Virus record (IMG/VR): IMGVR_UViG_3300009103_001934
Span: 114,488-178,487 of that record
DNA from: a virus
Strand: one strand, 5' to 3'
DNA length: 64,000 nucleotides
Positions 35,527 through 45,874 of the stretch are shown piece after piece (the stretch's first letter is position 1; every line of letters starts with the position of its first letter). The notes below the pieces were generated by a model. It made no database searches, had not been told where the DNA came from, and was given only the letters and a program-made list of their open reading frames with translations. Position numbers and translations under genes: made by a program.

Positions 35527-35946
35527 ATGGCACAGAGTACAAAATTAAAAGATCTAGATAAAGTAATCATCATGGGTAAGGTCGGTATTGGAGATACACA
35601 ACCCGCAGACCGATTGGTTTTAAAGCCGGACGCGAATGGAAACTCCACAATTCGCGTAGACCATAGTAATGACGGCAACGGCGTAAGATTTACCTCAATT
35701 GATAACGCGGGATACAAGGCGGGAATTTATTGGAACAATTCTGGCGGGCTAGAAAAATGGAGAATAATCGCAGATCCTAATGGAGATAATACCGGAAATT
35801 TACAAATTAGAGCATATTCAAATACCATAACTGCAATTGAATTAACACAAAACGGTGAAATAATTATGCCCAATTTACCTACGGAAGAGCCTGATACTAC
35901 AGGGGCCATTTGGAACGATGGAGGCACTTTAAAGATTAAAAGCTAG
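35527..35946 (+). CDS. Small tail-fibre-like protein
   Basis: GKVGIGDTQP; C-terminal NLPT...GAIWNDGGTLKI. Confidence 0.65.
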   Translation: MAQSTKLKDLDKVIIMGKVGIGDTQPADRLVLKPDANGNSTIRVDHSNDGNGVRFTSIDNAGYKAGIYWNNSGGLEKWRIIADPNGDNTGNLQIRAYSNTITAIELTQNGEIIMPNLPTEEPDTTGAIWNDGGTLKIKS

Positions 35947-35967
35947 TTATACGGTGTAACTATATAT

Positions 35968-36156
35968 GTGCTAACCTATCCAGAAATTCGAGGCGTCTTG
36001 GCCGAAATGGAGGCAGAATTTAAGGAGTCTGCAGAAAAGCCTCAACAAGAATCGTTTTCTAAAAACGCTATTTTTGTCTTAGCTATGGTTGACCGTAGGC
36101 TTGGAAAAAGACTCCAAGCAAAGGTAGCTAAGAGTAAACAAAAATTCTTTTTTTAA
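35968..36156 (+). CDS. Hypothetical protein
   Basis: 62-aa ORF, GTG start after a GTGTAA motif. Confidence 0.55.
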   Translation: MLTYPEIRGVLAEMEAEFKESAEKPQQESFSKNAIFVLAMVDRRLGKRLQAKVAKSKQKFFF

Positions 36157-36158
36157 TT

Positions 36159-36611
36159 ATGAAAAACCTACTACTTAAATTTAAAGGCTTGCTCGGCTCC
36201 GTATGGAGTCGCGTATTGAATCATTATATTACTGTTTGCGCCGTATTAATTGTATCTATATGTTTCTTGGGAAATACATTAAGGATTCAAGTAGATTATG
36301 AAAAACAACTGTTAGATTTAGAAAAAAATCATATTGAAGCGATGGGGTTGATAGAAGAGCAAGCGGTAGTTATAACTGAGCAAAACGAGGGCCTTGAAGA
36401 CCAAAGTGGTCTCATACAGGAACAAGGAGCTTTAATCAATAGGCTGATAGGTATAGTTAATGAGCAAAAGAGTATTATTCATTATCAAGGGCAAATCATT
36501 CAAGAGCTAATGAAAAGACTCAGAGATAACGGGCTTTTACCTAAGGCCCCGAACAAGGACAGGAGCGACGCGAATTGGATTCTCTATGAAAGACCTTCGG
36601 ATACTCAATAA
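36159..36611 (+). CDS. TM plus coiled-coil protein (i-spanin-like architecture)
   Basis: ITVCAVLIVSICFLG followed by Gln/Glu heptads. Confidence 0.6.
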   Translation: MKNLLLKFKGLLGSVWSRVLNHYITVCAVLIVSICFLGNTLRIQVDYEKQLLDLEKNHIEAMGLIEEQAVVITEQNEGLEDQSGLIQEQGALINRLIGIVNEQKSIIHYQGQIIQELMKRLRDNGLLPKAPNKDRSDANWILYERPSDTQ

Positions 36612-36867
36612 AACCAACGTTCACTACTGGAATAAAAAAAAGACAGACTGGGCTGTTCAGGATAAAGACGGATACTGGTGGATAATCCCCGGGTCTGAGA
36701 TGGCGGAAACGAGGCTTGATAAAAACAAAAAGATGAAGATGCCGTCAAAAAAGAAAATACGCCAATCCTCTGTCAGGGCGTCTTTAGAAATTATGTTGTG
36801 GATTATTTTTGCTTCTCTAGTCGGCGTGAGTTTTGCTTTAAACGTAATCTATTATTTATTAAAATGA
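36586..36867 (+). CDS. Small C-terminally anchored membrane protein
   Basis: IMLWIIFASLVGVSFALNVIYYLL. Confidence 0.6.
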   Translation: MKDLRILNKTNVHYWNKKKTDWAVQDKDGYWWIIPGSEMAETRLDKNKKMKMPSKKKIRQSSVRASLEIMLWIIFASLVGVSFALNVIYYLLK

Positions 36868-37385
36868 ATTTAATTAAAAAGCCAGCTTGGATTTTAGCTT
36901 TGATGTTAGCTTTAGGACCAATACCGGGGTGCGCTTTATTCGACAGGCACCAAAAAAATTCAGAAGGATATTACGAAAGACACTTCTGGGCGTGTGGGCC
37001 CATAGCCTTGGAAAAGGCCTTCTCGAAGAAATATGAAAGACGAGGTATTGCTTATTGCGTAAGCAGAGAAGAATTAAGCAAGCAGATCCAAGATTATGGA
37101 ATGCTTAGAAAAGAGCTACTTTCTTATTTCGATAAAGAAGCCGTGGGCATTACTTGGCCGTCAGAAATTAAAAAGCTTGCAAGGAAGCATGGATTCGATG
37201 TTACAAAGATAGACGATATAAACTCTTTGGATTCAAATGAAGATATTGCAATTGTTTTAATTCATGGTAAATTTTTTAGCAAGCAGTATCACTGGTTGGT
37301 ATATCCACTGGATGACGTTAAAAATTTTTATGGGAAAAAAACAGTAATTGACGTCATATACTTGTTAAAATGGAAAGGAGAATAA
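36864..37385 (+). CDS. Putative lipoprotein with papain-fold (C39-like) peptidase motifs
   Basis: Signal ending PIPGC; WACGPIAL; HWLVY. Confidence 0.6.
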   Translation: MNLIKKPAWILALMLALGPIPGCALFDRHQKNSEGYYERHFWACGPIALEKAFSKKYERRGIAYCVSREELSKQIQDYGMLRKELLSYFDKEAVGITWPSEIKKLARKHGFDVTKIDDINSLDSNEDIAIVLIHGKFFSKQYHWLVYPLDDVKNFYGKKTVIDVIYLLKWKGE

Positions 37386-37389
37386 AATT

Positions 37390-37527
37390 ATGAAAAAATT
37401 ATTAGCACTTTTTGCCGCAGTACTATTCATGGGCTGCAATTGGGGTTCGAGTGTCTGCTCTTGTGGGGTAGATTGCTGCGAGTCTGGTAATTGCTCTACA
37501 GTTGATTGTAATTGTGCCTGTAAGTGA
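37390..37527 (+). CDS. 45-aa Cys-rich lipoprotein (absent from ORF track)
   Basis: MKKLLALFAAVLFMGC-NWGSSVCSCGVDCCESGNCSTVDCNCACK; GGAG RBS. Confidence 0.7.
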   Translation: MKKLLALFAAVLFMGCNWGSSVCSCGVDCCESGNCSTVDCNCACK

Positions 37528-37604
37528 AATTTTTTACTTGCTTTTAGTCTGGTACTCTGCTATTATTAAATCACCCTTAAGTAAGGGGTTTATTGATAAA
37601 TAGT

Positions 37605-37829
37605 ATGAAAATGATTAAAATTATCTGTATCGGGGCACTGCTCGCGGCTTATTCCGTGGGTTGTGCCGTAACTCAAAATCTGCCGTCGGTCACCCTTGGC
37701 CCTAAAGCTAACCACGATAAGTTGCTTGGCGCTAGCGTCAGTAAGGATGGTGTAGCGGTAGTTGCTCCTCTCGTAGAGGTCGGTATTCCGGCCCCATCCC
37801 TAAGGGTAGGAGACGGAAAGAAGAAGTAA
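37605..37829 (+). CDS. Small lipoprotein (o-spanin-like candidate)
   Basis: MKMIKIICIGALLAAYSVGC lipobox; Pro-rich mature part. Confidence 0.65.
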   Translation: MKMIKIICIGALLAAYSVGCAVTQNLPSVTLGPKANHDKLLGASVSKDGVAVVAPLVEVGIPAPSLRVGDGKKK

Positions 37830-37853
37830 GTAAATTCTATATTTAGAATTAGC

Positions 37854-37889
37854 AAGCCTCCCATTTTATATGGGGGGTTATTTTTTTTT
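37854..37889 (+). terminator. Rho-independent terminator
   Basis: GCCTCCCAT...ATGGGGGGT followed by a T tract. Confidence 0.65.
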
Positions 37890-37952
37890 AGTTTTAAGTC
37901 TAAATCAGACTAAAATAAGTGTATTTTATTATAGCGCTTATAATATACCTGT

Positions 37953-38477
37953 ATGGAAAATTTAGAATTCGAAAATTTTGATGTGAACGAAGAGACTGTT
38001 TCCAGTTCTCAGCCTGATTCTGTTTCCCCAGAGGAAGAGCAACGGGAGAATATAAACTTTTCCAATAAGGTCATCAAAGCGCTGGAAGACAAAATTAAAT
38101 TAAATAATACTAATTCAAATTTTAACATTATTCAACTGAAAAGGGTATATACACATGGAGCTAAAGCGGCAGAAGAAGACAGGGGACTATTCGCTATGGC
38201 TAGAGTTAATATGTACATGAGGATGAAGAACGAAAAACAAATTATCTTAGGTAAGAAAAAAAGCGCTAAAAAAGAAAAACTTACCGAACTAGTCTTGGAA
38301 GATTCATCTGTTAATCGTATAGATAAATATATAGATGCGACAGCAAATTGGCATCCTTCCGAAAAAGATTTCGAAGAGGCTAAAGTCGATATTGTTAAAT
38401 ATGAGTTAGATTACGAATTTAAAGATATAGATGATTTATATTTGGACGAATACAAAAGAATAGAATTCGAGTATTGA
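37953..38477 (+). CDS. Head-region hypothetical protein
   Basis: LKRVYTHG...AMARVNMYMR. Confidence 0.7.
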   Translation: MENLEFENFDVNEETVSSSQPDSVSPEEEQRENINFSNKVIKALEDKIKLNNTNSNFNIIQLKRVYTHGAKAAEEDRGLFAMARVNMYMRMKNEKQIILGKKKSAKKEKLTELVLEDSSVNRIDKYIDATANWHPSEKDFEEAKVDIVKYELDYEFKDIDDLYLDEYKRIEFEY

Positions 38478-38478
38478 C

Positions 38479-38790
38479 ATGGAAATAGACTTTACAGATC
38501 AAATTAAGCAGTTAAGGGCTGATGACAAAGCGGGGTACCCGCCTAACTGTAAAGAGGGATATGAAGAAAAAGAGGGCAAGTGTGTTGAAATAGAAGGCTA
38601 CTGGAAGAAAAACGTAGCCAAAGATTATCCGGGTAAAAATGTAAAACGCCGTAAAGATGGAGTGCCCGTGAAAAAGAAAAAAAAGAGAGCCTGTAAGCCG
38701 GGAGAGCATAGAGATAAAAGCGGCAAGCTGATTAAAAATAGTAAATCAGCGTGCTACAAAGAACTATATAAGAAAGTAAAAGGACTTTAA
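38479..38790 (+). CDS. Small basic Cys-containing protein
   Basis: YPPNCKEGYEEKEGKCV. Confidence 0.7.
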   Translation: MEIDFTDQIKQLRADDKAGYPPNCKEGYEEKEGKCVEIEGYWKKNVAKDYPGKNVKRRKDGVPVKKKKKRACKPGEHRDKSGKLIKNSKSACYKELYKKVKGL

Positions 38791-38791
38791 G

Positions 38792-39097
38792 ATGCAAGGA
38801 AACAAAAGATATCAACCAGAAACGTTCCAATACGTAAACTCGAGTGGGGCAGCGGCATCCATTTTAATTCCCACTCCGGGAACGGACAAGCGAATTGTGG
38901 TGCATAGTGTATTAAGTGACACTCAAGGTTGGTTAGTTTGGGGAAATGATAATAGCGTGGGGCAAAACGGGGGGAAAGTGTGCCGCGTAGACAATCAAGG
39001 TCAAGTTACTTATGACATAGTTATGGGCGAAGACAAATCTCTTTGGAAGGGGCCGAACCTCGGGGGGAACTTAACTGTAACTTATTATATTATATAA
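38792..39097 (+). CDS. Hypothetical beta-rich protein
   Basis: 101-aa ORF. Confidence 0.65.
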   Translation: MQGNKRYQPETFQYVNSSGAAASILIPTPGTDKRIVVHSVLSDTQGWLVWGNDNSVGQNGGKVCRVDNQGQVTYDIVMGEDKSLWKGPNLGGNLTVTYYII

Positions 39098-39109
39098 GGA
39101 GAATTTGAA

Positions 39110-40609
39110 ATGGAAGACCATAAGTATACAAGTATTTTTAGCTCAACAATTAAACCGTTAGTCTCAGAAGAGAAAGACAAGTATCTTTCTCTTGCGAGTC
39201 TAGTAAATATATCTGAGTTTATACCCGACGTGGACACAGAAAAGAACGTAGATCTATTACCTATCGCCTTTAACGCTTGTGTGGCTAATAGAGTTAATAA
39301 GAATGGGGATGTAATTGATACCTCTGTTGCCTCTAAAATATATGAGAATTTTATTAATAAACCTATCAATATTGAACATAATAGAGATAGAGTAGTTGGT
39401 GTTATCTTAACCGCTGGGTTTAGTGAGTTTGGAACCGACAACGTAATTAAAGCCGAAGACCTTTCTGAGAAGAAGGGTCCGTTTAATATTACCCTAGGCG
39501 GTGTTATTTGGCGGGTGGTTAATAGCGACCTAACGGATTTAATTGAGGATTCGGGTGATCCTACTAGCGAGAATTATAGAAAAATCTCTGCTAGCTGGGA
39601 GTTAGGATTCTCAGACTATAATTTAGTTTTACTACCAGAAGGGCAGAAAAACATAGAAAATGGAAAATTTATTACAGATGCATCCGAAATTGAAGATATG
39701 GAAAAGCATCTTAGGAGTTTTGGTGGAGACGGGTCGTTGGAAGACGGCCGATGCGTTTATCGCCAAGTAATAGCTGAGGTTGTTCCCCTTGGGATCGGCC
39801 TCACCGAATCACCAGCCGCGGATGTCAAAGGGCTAGTAACAAAAGGGGAGGAAGAAAGGCCTCAAAATGAAGAACTTGAAAGTTCTCAAAATAACAAAAA
39901 TAATGTAAAAATAGATAAAGTTATGAATATTAAGATTGACAATATGAAAGATATCAACGATGAGTCGTTGAAAGAATTATCTGCTTCGTCCATCACAGAC
40001 TTTATCCAAAGTGAACTCGAAAAAGCTTCCGAGCAATATAAGAAGGAAATGACCGAAGCCGAGGAGGCCCTTAATGCCGCCAACGAAAAGGCTGAGACAC
40101 TCCAGACTGAGCAAGAGAAGATTGATAAAGAGCTAGCGGAGGTAAAGTCTAATTTGGCTGAGCTTGAAAAAGCTAATGCCGAAAGAGCGGCCGAAGAAAG
40201 ATTTAATCAACGCATGTCTCTTATGGACGACACGTACGAATTAAGCGATGAAGATCGCGAGGTTCTTGCTAAGGACATTAAAGACATGGAAGAAGAAACA
40301 TTTTCTAACTATCAAGAGAAACTAAGTATTCTTTTGAAAGAGAAAAACAAAGAAGTTCTTCGAGAAAAAGCTGAAGCTGAAGCTAAGGCCGTGGAAGACG
40401 CTGCTGTTGAAGTAGCCGAAACCGAGGTTAAAGAAGAAGCAAACGCCTCTACCGAAGAAGCAACCGAAGTGTTGGATCAGGCTGTTGAGAACGCCGAAGG
40501 CGAAAATCTGGAAGTACCAGAGGCCGCAGAAGCCGAAGAGCCCACGCTGTATGATAAATACGCTAAAGCTTTCGCTCCTGACCAATTCGAAATCAAAGTT
40601 AAACAATAA
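39110..40609 (+). CDS. Prohead protease fused to coiled-coil scaffold
   Basis: NKNGD, KPINIEH, SASWEL, PLGIGLTESPAA; acidic coiled-coil C-terminal half; AAGGAG RBS. Confidence 0.8.
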   Translation: MEDHKYTSIFSSTIKPLVSEEKDKYLSLASLVNISEFIPDVDTEKNVDLLPIAFNACVANRVNKNGDVIDTSVASKIYENFINKPINIEHNRDRVVGVILTAGFSEFGTDNVIKAEDLSEKKGPFNITLGGVIWRVVNSDLTDLIEDSGDPTSENYRKISASWELGFSDYNLVLLPEGQKNIENGKFITDASEIEDMEKHLRSFGGDGSLEDGRCVYRQVIAEVVPLGIGLTESPAADVKGLVTKGEEERPQNEELESSQNNKNNVKIDKVMNIKIDNMKDINDESLKELSASSITDFIQSELEKASEQYKKEMTEAEEALNAANEKAETLQTEQEKIDKELAEVKSNLAELEKANAERAAEERFNQRMSLMDDTYELSDEDREVLAKDIKDMEEETFSNYQEKLSILLKEKNKEVLREKAEAEAKAVEDAAVEVAETEVKEEANASTEEATEVLDQAVENAEGENLEVPEAAEAEEPTLYDKYAKAFAPDQFEIKVKQ

Positions 40610-40636
40610 TTTATTAACAATTAAGGAGAAAATATT

Positions 40637-41227
40637 ATGGCAACATTAAGACCATTTAGACAAATTAGTGAAAACGACGTTGTTAACCTCTATGCGTTTG
40701 ATTATGCCGGTACGGCAATCACGCGGGGGCACCTCGTCAAGTTACGTAGTGATCGCGGTTGGATGGCTGACGATGAATTCCTGACGGAGTCCATCAATAA
40801 CGACTATACCAATACCGTTTCTGATCGTTACGGATTAAACAGCCGAGTGCAAACTTGCACATCGGGAGATACGCCGCTTGGCATGCTTATGTATGACGTA
40901 GCGGAAGTGGATGAGAATGGAGAGAAGCTCGTGTGGCATCCTCGTAAAGCTCATGAAATGCAAACTGCGCTTAGTGGACAAGCTGTTCCGATCTTGACTC
41001 GCGGTATCGTTCTTGTGAACGGTATTGACGTATTCAACGGAGAGACTGTCGCTGCGGGGACACCGCTTTATGCTGGTGACAACGGAGCAATTATCACTAA
41101 TACACTTGCCGAGAAAGAAAATTTGGTTAAAATCGGTCAGGCTTTAGGTCCTGCTGTAGATAATACGGCTGCCACCTATAATAGTCTCGGTAACCACGGT
41201 GACGTGTTAATCAAACTGGAACTCTAA
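40637..41227 (+). CDS. Head decoration/cement-like protein
   Basis: Between scaffold and capsid genes; PLGMLMYDV, GQAVPILTRG. Confidence 0.65.
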   Translation: MATLRPFRQISENDVVNLYAFDYAGTAITRGHLVKLRSDRGWMADDEFLTESINNDYTNTVSDRYGLNSRVQTCTSGDTPLGMLMYDVAEVDENGEKLVWHPRKAHEMQTALSGQAVPILTRGIVLVNGIDVFNGETVAAGTPLYAGDNGAIITNTLAEKENLVKIGQALGPAVDNTAATYNSLGNHGDVLIKLEL

Positions 41228-41251
41228 ACTTATTAAGGAGAAAGAATTATA

Positions 41252-42400
41252 ATGAAATTGAAATTAAAAAATACTCCAGAACAAGTTGAGCTTATTAGAG
41301 CGTTGGGATCGAAAGATAACAACATTTCTACAGAGGCAGCAACTGCGTTTGCCGCTTTCATCGGTCCAGTTATTCAGAAAGTAATCGCTCAGGCTAGTAC
41401 AGCCGGACTGATTTTCTCTGATAGCTCTTACGATGAAGATGATAGCCCATCTTATCCTCTGGATTTATACTATAACGAAGGTGTTGGTTATATCAACACT
41501 TGGTCACAAACAATTGCTGGTGGTATGCCTACCTCGCAAGTCGAAGGTGTGAAAGAGATGAAAATCTCCACCTATCGCCTCGATAGCGCAGTTAGCTTCC
41601 TCAAAAAGTATGCTCGTAAGAGCCGCTTGGATGTCATCAGTAAGGCTCTCGAGCGCATGGCGCAAGAGGTCTTGGTCAAGCAGGAAAGAAATGCTTGGTC
41701 GGTAATCATGAAGGCTCTGGCTGACGCCAGATCCACAGTGTCTACCGCCACGTCCGACGGACACGTGTTCGCTTCTATGGCTGCGAATCAGTTTAAGGTC
41801 CATGATCTTAGCAGACTGATGACCTTAATGCGTAGACTTAGTGGGTCTTTTGCTTCCGGTACTCCGGCTGGCGCAGACACCTATGGTCTTACGGACTTGT
41901 TCGTAAGCCCCGAAGTCAAGCAAGAAGTTCGCGGTTTTGCTTATCAGCCGATGAATACTTACACCACTGGTGGTGGCGGTATTGCTTTGCCGGACAGCGT
42001 TCGTGAAGATGTCTTCCGTGCAGCTGGAACCAACGAGATCTACGGTGTGAGAATCACTGACTTGATCGAATTGGGTGACGGACAAAAGTATACCAAGCTG
42101 TTCAGAGAGTTCAATCAAGCATCTACTGGCACTCCTACCGTGGCTCATACGAGCAATACGGATTCGGGCGCGCAAAGTAGCGCTATGAGCGCTACAGTTG
42201 ACGATCTTATCGTCGGTGTAGACGCTTCTCGTGAAGCGTTCATCCGTCCTGTTGCACAGCAGCATGATAGCGGTGGCTCATTTGTGACACTTCCTGATGA
42301 TCAGTTCGCGTCTCGCGCTGACAAGACCGGCTTCTACGGTTTCCTAGAAGAGGGTCGTGTTTGTATCGATTCACGGGCGATTGTTGGTATGATCGTCTAA
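41252..42400 (+). CDS. Major capsid protein
   Basis: 382 aa, head-operon position, biased codons, AAGGAG RBS, strong terminator. Confidence 0.85.
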   Translation: MKLKLKNTPEQVELIRALGSKDNNISTEAATAFAAFIGPVIQKVIAQASTAGLIFSDSSYDEDDSPSYPLDLYYNEGVGYINTWSQTIAGGMPTSQVEGVKEMKISTYRLDSAVSFLKKYARKSRLDVISKALERMAQEVLVKQERNAWSVIMKALADARSTVSTATSDGHVFASMAANQFKVHDLSRLMTLMRRLSGSFASGTPAGADTYGLTDLFVSPEVKQEVRGFAYQPMNTYTTGGGGIALPDSVREDVFRAAGTNEIYGVRITDLIELGDGQKYTKLFREFNQASTGTPTVAHTSNTDSGAQSSAMSATVDDLIVGVDASREAFIRPVAQQHDSGGSFVTLPDDQFASRADKTGFYGFLEEGRVCIDSRAIVGMIV

Positions 42401-42418
42401 TCTACGGTTTTATTACCG

Positions 42419-42449
42419 GACTCGGGGGGTTTCCCCCGAGTTTTTTTTT
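42419..42449 (+). terminator. Terminator after major capsid gene
   Basis: GACTCGGGGG-GTTT-CCCCCGAGTT followed by T tract. Confidence 0.85.
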
Positions 42450-42504
42450 GTTTTTATATAGCGCCCGTGCTATAATATTGTGTAACTTTTTATTAGTATT
42501 TATA

Positions 42505-44046
42505 ATGGCAGATAACACCTATAGCCCGCAAACCCCGCCAATACAGGATTTAGATTATAAATCTTTCGGTCCGGATAGCATGGACGAAAACAAAAAACTG
42601 ATGGTTTATAACGATGGGTCCGTATTGGTTGAAAATATAGAAGAGCGAACTGCGGACGGGCTAAGCTACGAATTGGATAAAAAGAATAATTATGTTTATT
42701 TTTCAAATAACTTAGATGCCAATACTAAGGTAAAATATATCCCTAAAAACGTAGATAAAGTTTATTGTACTACTATTAATAAAACCTTTTCTATCAAAGG
42801 GGCTTTGGCTGTTTTTAAAAATGACGTAAGAAAGTTTATTGTTAAAAATTTAGATAGATACAAAACATCTAAGAAGTCACTCAAAAAAGAGATAGACAAG
42901 ATCCTACTAAAGAAAAATCAATTTCTTTGGACCGAAAAAAGACTAAGTAGCGAATGGAACAAAACTTACGTTGATAGCGTTACTCTAGGACCGTATAGCT
43001 GCGACACCACCCTAACCGTTACCAAAGATATAGAAATGATTAATGACTTAATAGTTATTAAAACAGGGGATTGGGGCCAGCTTTATGACTCGAAAACAAA
43101 AAAGATGAACACGGTAGCTCGCGCAGGAAAAATTGTTTGGGTATCTCCCCACGAAATTTTAAATTATTCCGGAGAGGCAAATTATTATTCAAGCGGTGAA
43201 GTATGGACCTATAACACAACTAACAGCGGTGTGTATTCAGGAGAAACTTTTTTGAATGTAAGTTATGGAGTAGGAAACAATAGGGAATCTTACGGTTTAT
43301 CTTCTCGGTTTATAAAAATTCCAAAAGACACTCAGATTAAGACTGAATTTCCATATGAAGAAATCCCAAGAGACGAAACACAATTATTTCTTGACACTCG
43401 TCAGGGGGTGGGGATTGAAAAACAATTTTTTAATGGTATATATTCAGAGTGGGATTGGGCTCAAAGGGTATTAACTGGGACTTGGGATGGAGTCGTTCCT
43501 TCGGGTTCATATATTGAATTGCAAACTTGGTCTACAAACCCTCAGTTCGTTGGCTTTAATGGAGAAATTACTGTTAAGCCTGTAGATACCACTTTAGTCG
43601 AGGATATTGATTTGTCTTACAATATAAGCGCTACAGCGTCGGATTTAAATTATCAAGCTTCAGTGAGAAAGGCGGTACAAAAGGCCAAAAATGTTTTTTA
43701 TAAAAAATTGAACAAACACTTGGTCTCTAAAGGCCTAAAGAAAAAATCTTCAAACCTTAAGAGGTATGATAAGATGCTGGAAAGAGTAGCTCAAAATGTA
43801 TACGATGGATTATCTTTTGTGAGAAATGAAAATATAGCAAAAATACAAGGCTTAGAAAGTAACCCCTTAGATGGACCGATATATTACGACGGCACAGCCA
43901 AAATGTATGGAGGAAGTAAGGAAGAGGCAGACTATGATTACTCACGAACAAAATCACAAAGAAGTTATTTAGGCTTGAATCCATCAAGCACGTCGCAATC
44001 TACCTCATCCAAGACGAACGCTGGAGACATGGGAGGAAGTTATTAA
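42505..44046 (+). CDS. Large hypothetical virion-associated protein
   Basis: Start after a GTGTAA motif; the upstream ORF-track extension crosses the terminator. Confidence 0.75.
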   Translation: MADNTYSPQTPPIQDLDYKSFGPDSMDENKKLMVYNDGSVLVENIEERTADGLSYELDKKNNYVYFSNNLDANTKVKYIPKNVDKVYCTTINKTFSIKGALAVFKNDVRKFIVKNLDRYKTSKKSLKKEIDKILLKKNQFLWTEKRLSSEWNKTYVDSVTLGPYSCDTTLTVTKDIEMINDLIVIKTGDWGQLYDSKTKKMNTVARAGKIVWVSPHEILNYSGEANYYSSGEVWTYNTTNSGVYSGETFLNVSYGVGNNRESYGLSSRFIKIPKDTQIKTEFPYEEIPRDETQLFLDTRQGVGIEKQFFNGIYSEWDWAQRVLTGTWDGVVPSGSYIELQTWSTNPQFVGFNGEITVKPVDTTLVEDIDLSYNISATASDLNYQASVRKAVQKAKNVFYKKLNKHLVSKGLKKKSSNLKRYDKMLERVAQNVYDGLSFVRNENIAKIQGLESNPLDGPIYYDGTAKMYGGSKEEADYDYSRTKSQRSYLGLNPSSTSQSTSSKTNAGDMGGSY

Positions 44047-45821
44047 TGAGCTTTAAAACAAATAGAGTTAACAGAAATTTTGTTTTAACAACAAATTTAT
44101 ATTTTAATAGTAGCTCTTGGAATAGGTCTGGAGATACTACTCCTAGATTTTATTTAAAACCTTCGAACCTTACTCATCTAGAAAAAGTAGCTTTTAACTA
44201 CAGCGGAGCGAAAGCTAATGACTATGTAAAACGAGGGCATAAATTTTGGGGATATAAAAAAGATGATACCCTTACTAATAAAGAGGTCCTAGAGCATTAT
44301 GATCAAATTAAAACATCTTATCCATATGGATTTGTACAGGGAGATATAGCGAGCGAGAATAAATATAATATTGATGTAAAAAATAATGATGCTTTTCAGT
44401 CTTTTTACAAATCTTATTGGGATAATAATCCAGATAAGATAAAACAACCCAAAAAGGATACGAAAGGCGAATGGGATCACCCTCACCCTTATATATCTTT
44501 TACGACAAATGAAATTATTACCGCGAAACATAATGTAGGTACGGTCCCGGTTTTAGAGGCGGGAATACCGACATGGGCCGAATATGGCGTTGGCACCCCT
44601 TACTATTCTCAACCAGAAGCCTATTCATGCATGGATCAAAACTTAAGCGCAGTTGCTTATGATTATTATGGCGATAATAAACTCGCTTTTATTATTGAAG
44701 GCGGCGCGCATATGCCCTTAGTGCTAGCTAACAGTGGTCATTCTTATACATTTAATTTACAAAGTGGCGCTACTCCATGGGCTACCTCTAATGTGTGGCC
44801 CACAGGGGTCGGAGGAGCACACTCAGGAATAGATTTACACTTTAGCACTGGAAGGGATGGCACTTGGAATGGTTTCGACAAATTGGATGACGGCGTAGCC
44901 GGTGACGCGTTTATTAGAAGAGCATACGAAAAACCGGGCACACACACCTATTACGTATCCTCTGCAGTTAAAGACGGTGATCCAAATACCGGGCATCCTT
45001 GGTATAATTCAGGTAGCGTTTCTGGATTTGTTATAAGTGGTGAAAGCCAACAGTCTGGACCATTAAATTTATATAGGGGTTGGACCTATGTTTTCAATCT
45101 AACTGGATCCTCTAACGTGTCTGAGCGAGGAACGGATGGCAATTCACAAAACGCTGGAGGGGACTATGATCGTAGCGCGTTATACTTCACTAATAGCCTT
45201 GTATCGGGCGAGTGGGGAAATGAATCTGAAAACGAACTTGGCGGCGGGATTTGGGCAACCGGTATCGGCGCAGGAATTTATACAATTAGTTTGGACTGGG
45301 ACTGTCCAGACACCTTCTTTTATCAAAATAGATATGCTGCGTATTATGGCGGCGTAGTAAACGTAACTGATCCTCCTACAGCTTTGGGTGATAAGCCGGG
45401 GCAAATAGTAAGGATCACCTTAAGCGGGGGTAAAGACGAATATCTATTTTATTATTCTCCTAATCAATCTGGAATGGGAGGATTAATGATACTAAAGGGA
45501 ACTTGCGACGGTAAAGTGGCGAGTATTTAAATAAAAAACTTTTTGCATAACATTTTAATATGTGTTATAATAAATTAGATTGGCCGTATTGGGTGAACTC
45601 GGTAGAACTCTCTCGTAGACAATACCGAGCCAAGCCGGAAGTGGGCTTAGTGCTTCCGGAAGGTGTAGAGACTAGAGGGTGAGTCCCAACAATAACCCCT
45701 CCACGAGCGCCCAACACCGTAAAGGTGAAGATATAGTCCGAACTGCATGGCGACATGTAGAAGTCGTAATTAAAAAAGCGTCGATAACAACTTGGACTAC
45801 GAGATGAGTGCAGCGTACTAA
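44046..45821 (+). CDS. Gly/aromatic-rich structural protein split by a group I intron (exons 44046-45512, 45795-45821)
   Basis: Splicing joins ...TCDG to DYEMSAAY-stop in frame; the unspliced ORF stops at 45530. Confidence 0.7.
45513..45794 (+). ncRNA. Group I self-splicing intron (IA-like, no homing endonuclease)
   Basis: P4 CTCGGT/ACCGAG, P3 TTGGGTG/CGCCCAA, R GTAGAGACTA, P7.1 hairpin, S AAGATATAGTCC, P9 CTGCATG-GCGA-CATGTAG, terminal G; P1 ACGGU/GCCGU with U-G at the splice site. Confidence 0.9.
45543..45571 (+). promoter_or_regulatory. Consensus-like sigma70 promoter inside intron L1
   Basis: TTGCAT-17-TATAAT with extended TG. Confidence 0.7.
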
Positions 45822-45874
45822 CTAGTGTCTATGCAGACATTAGCCCAGTATACTCAATTTTGTGTCGGCTAAAC

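Noticed and set aside
45788-45874. Upstream extension of the 45875 ORF via the intron 3' exon
   Set aside because: About 29 open codons is compatible with chance; the splice junction is in frame with DYEMSAAY instead
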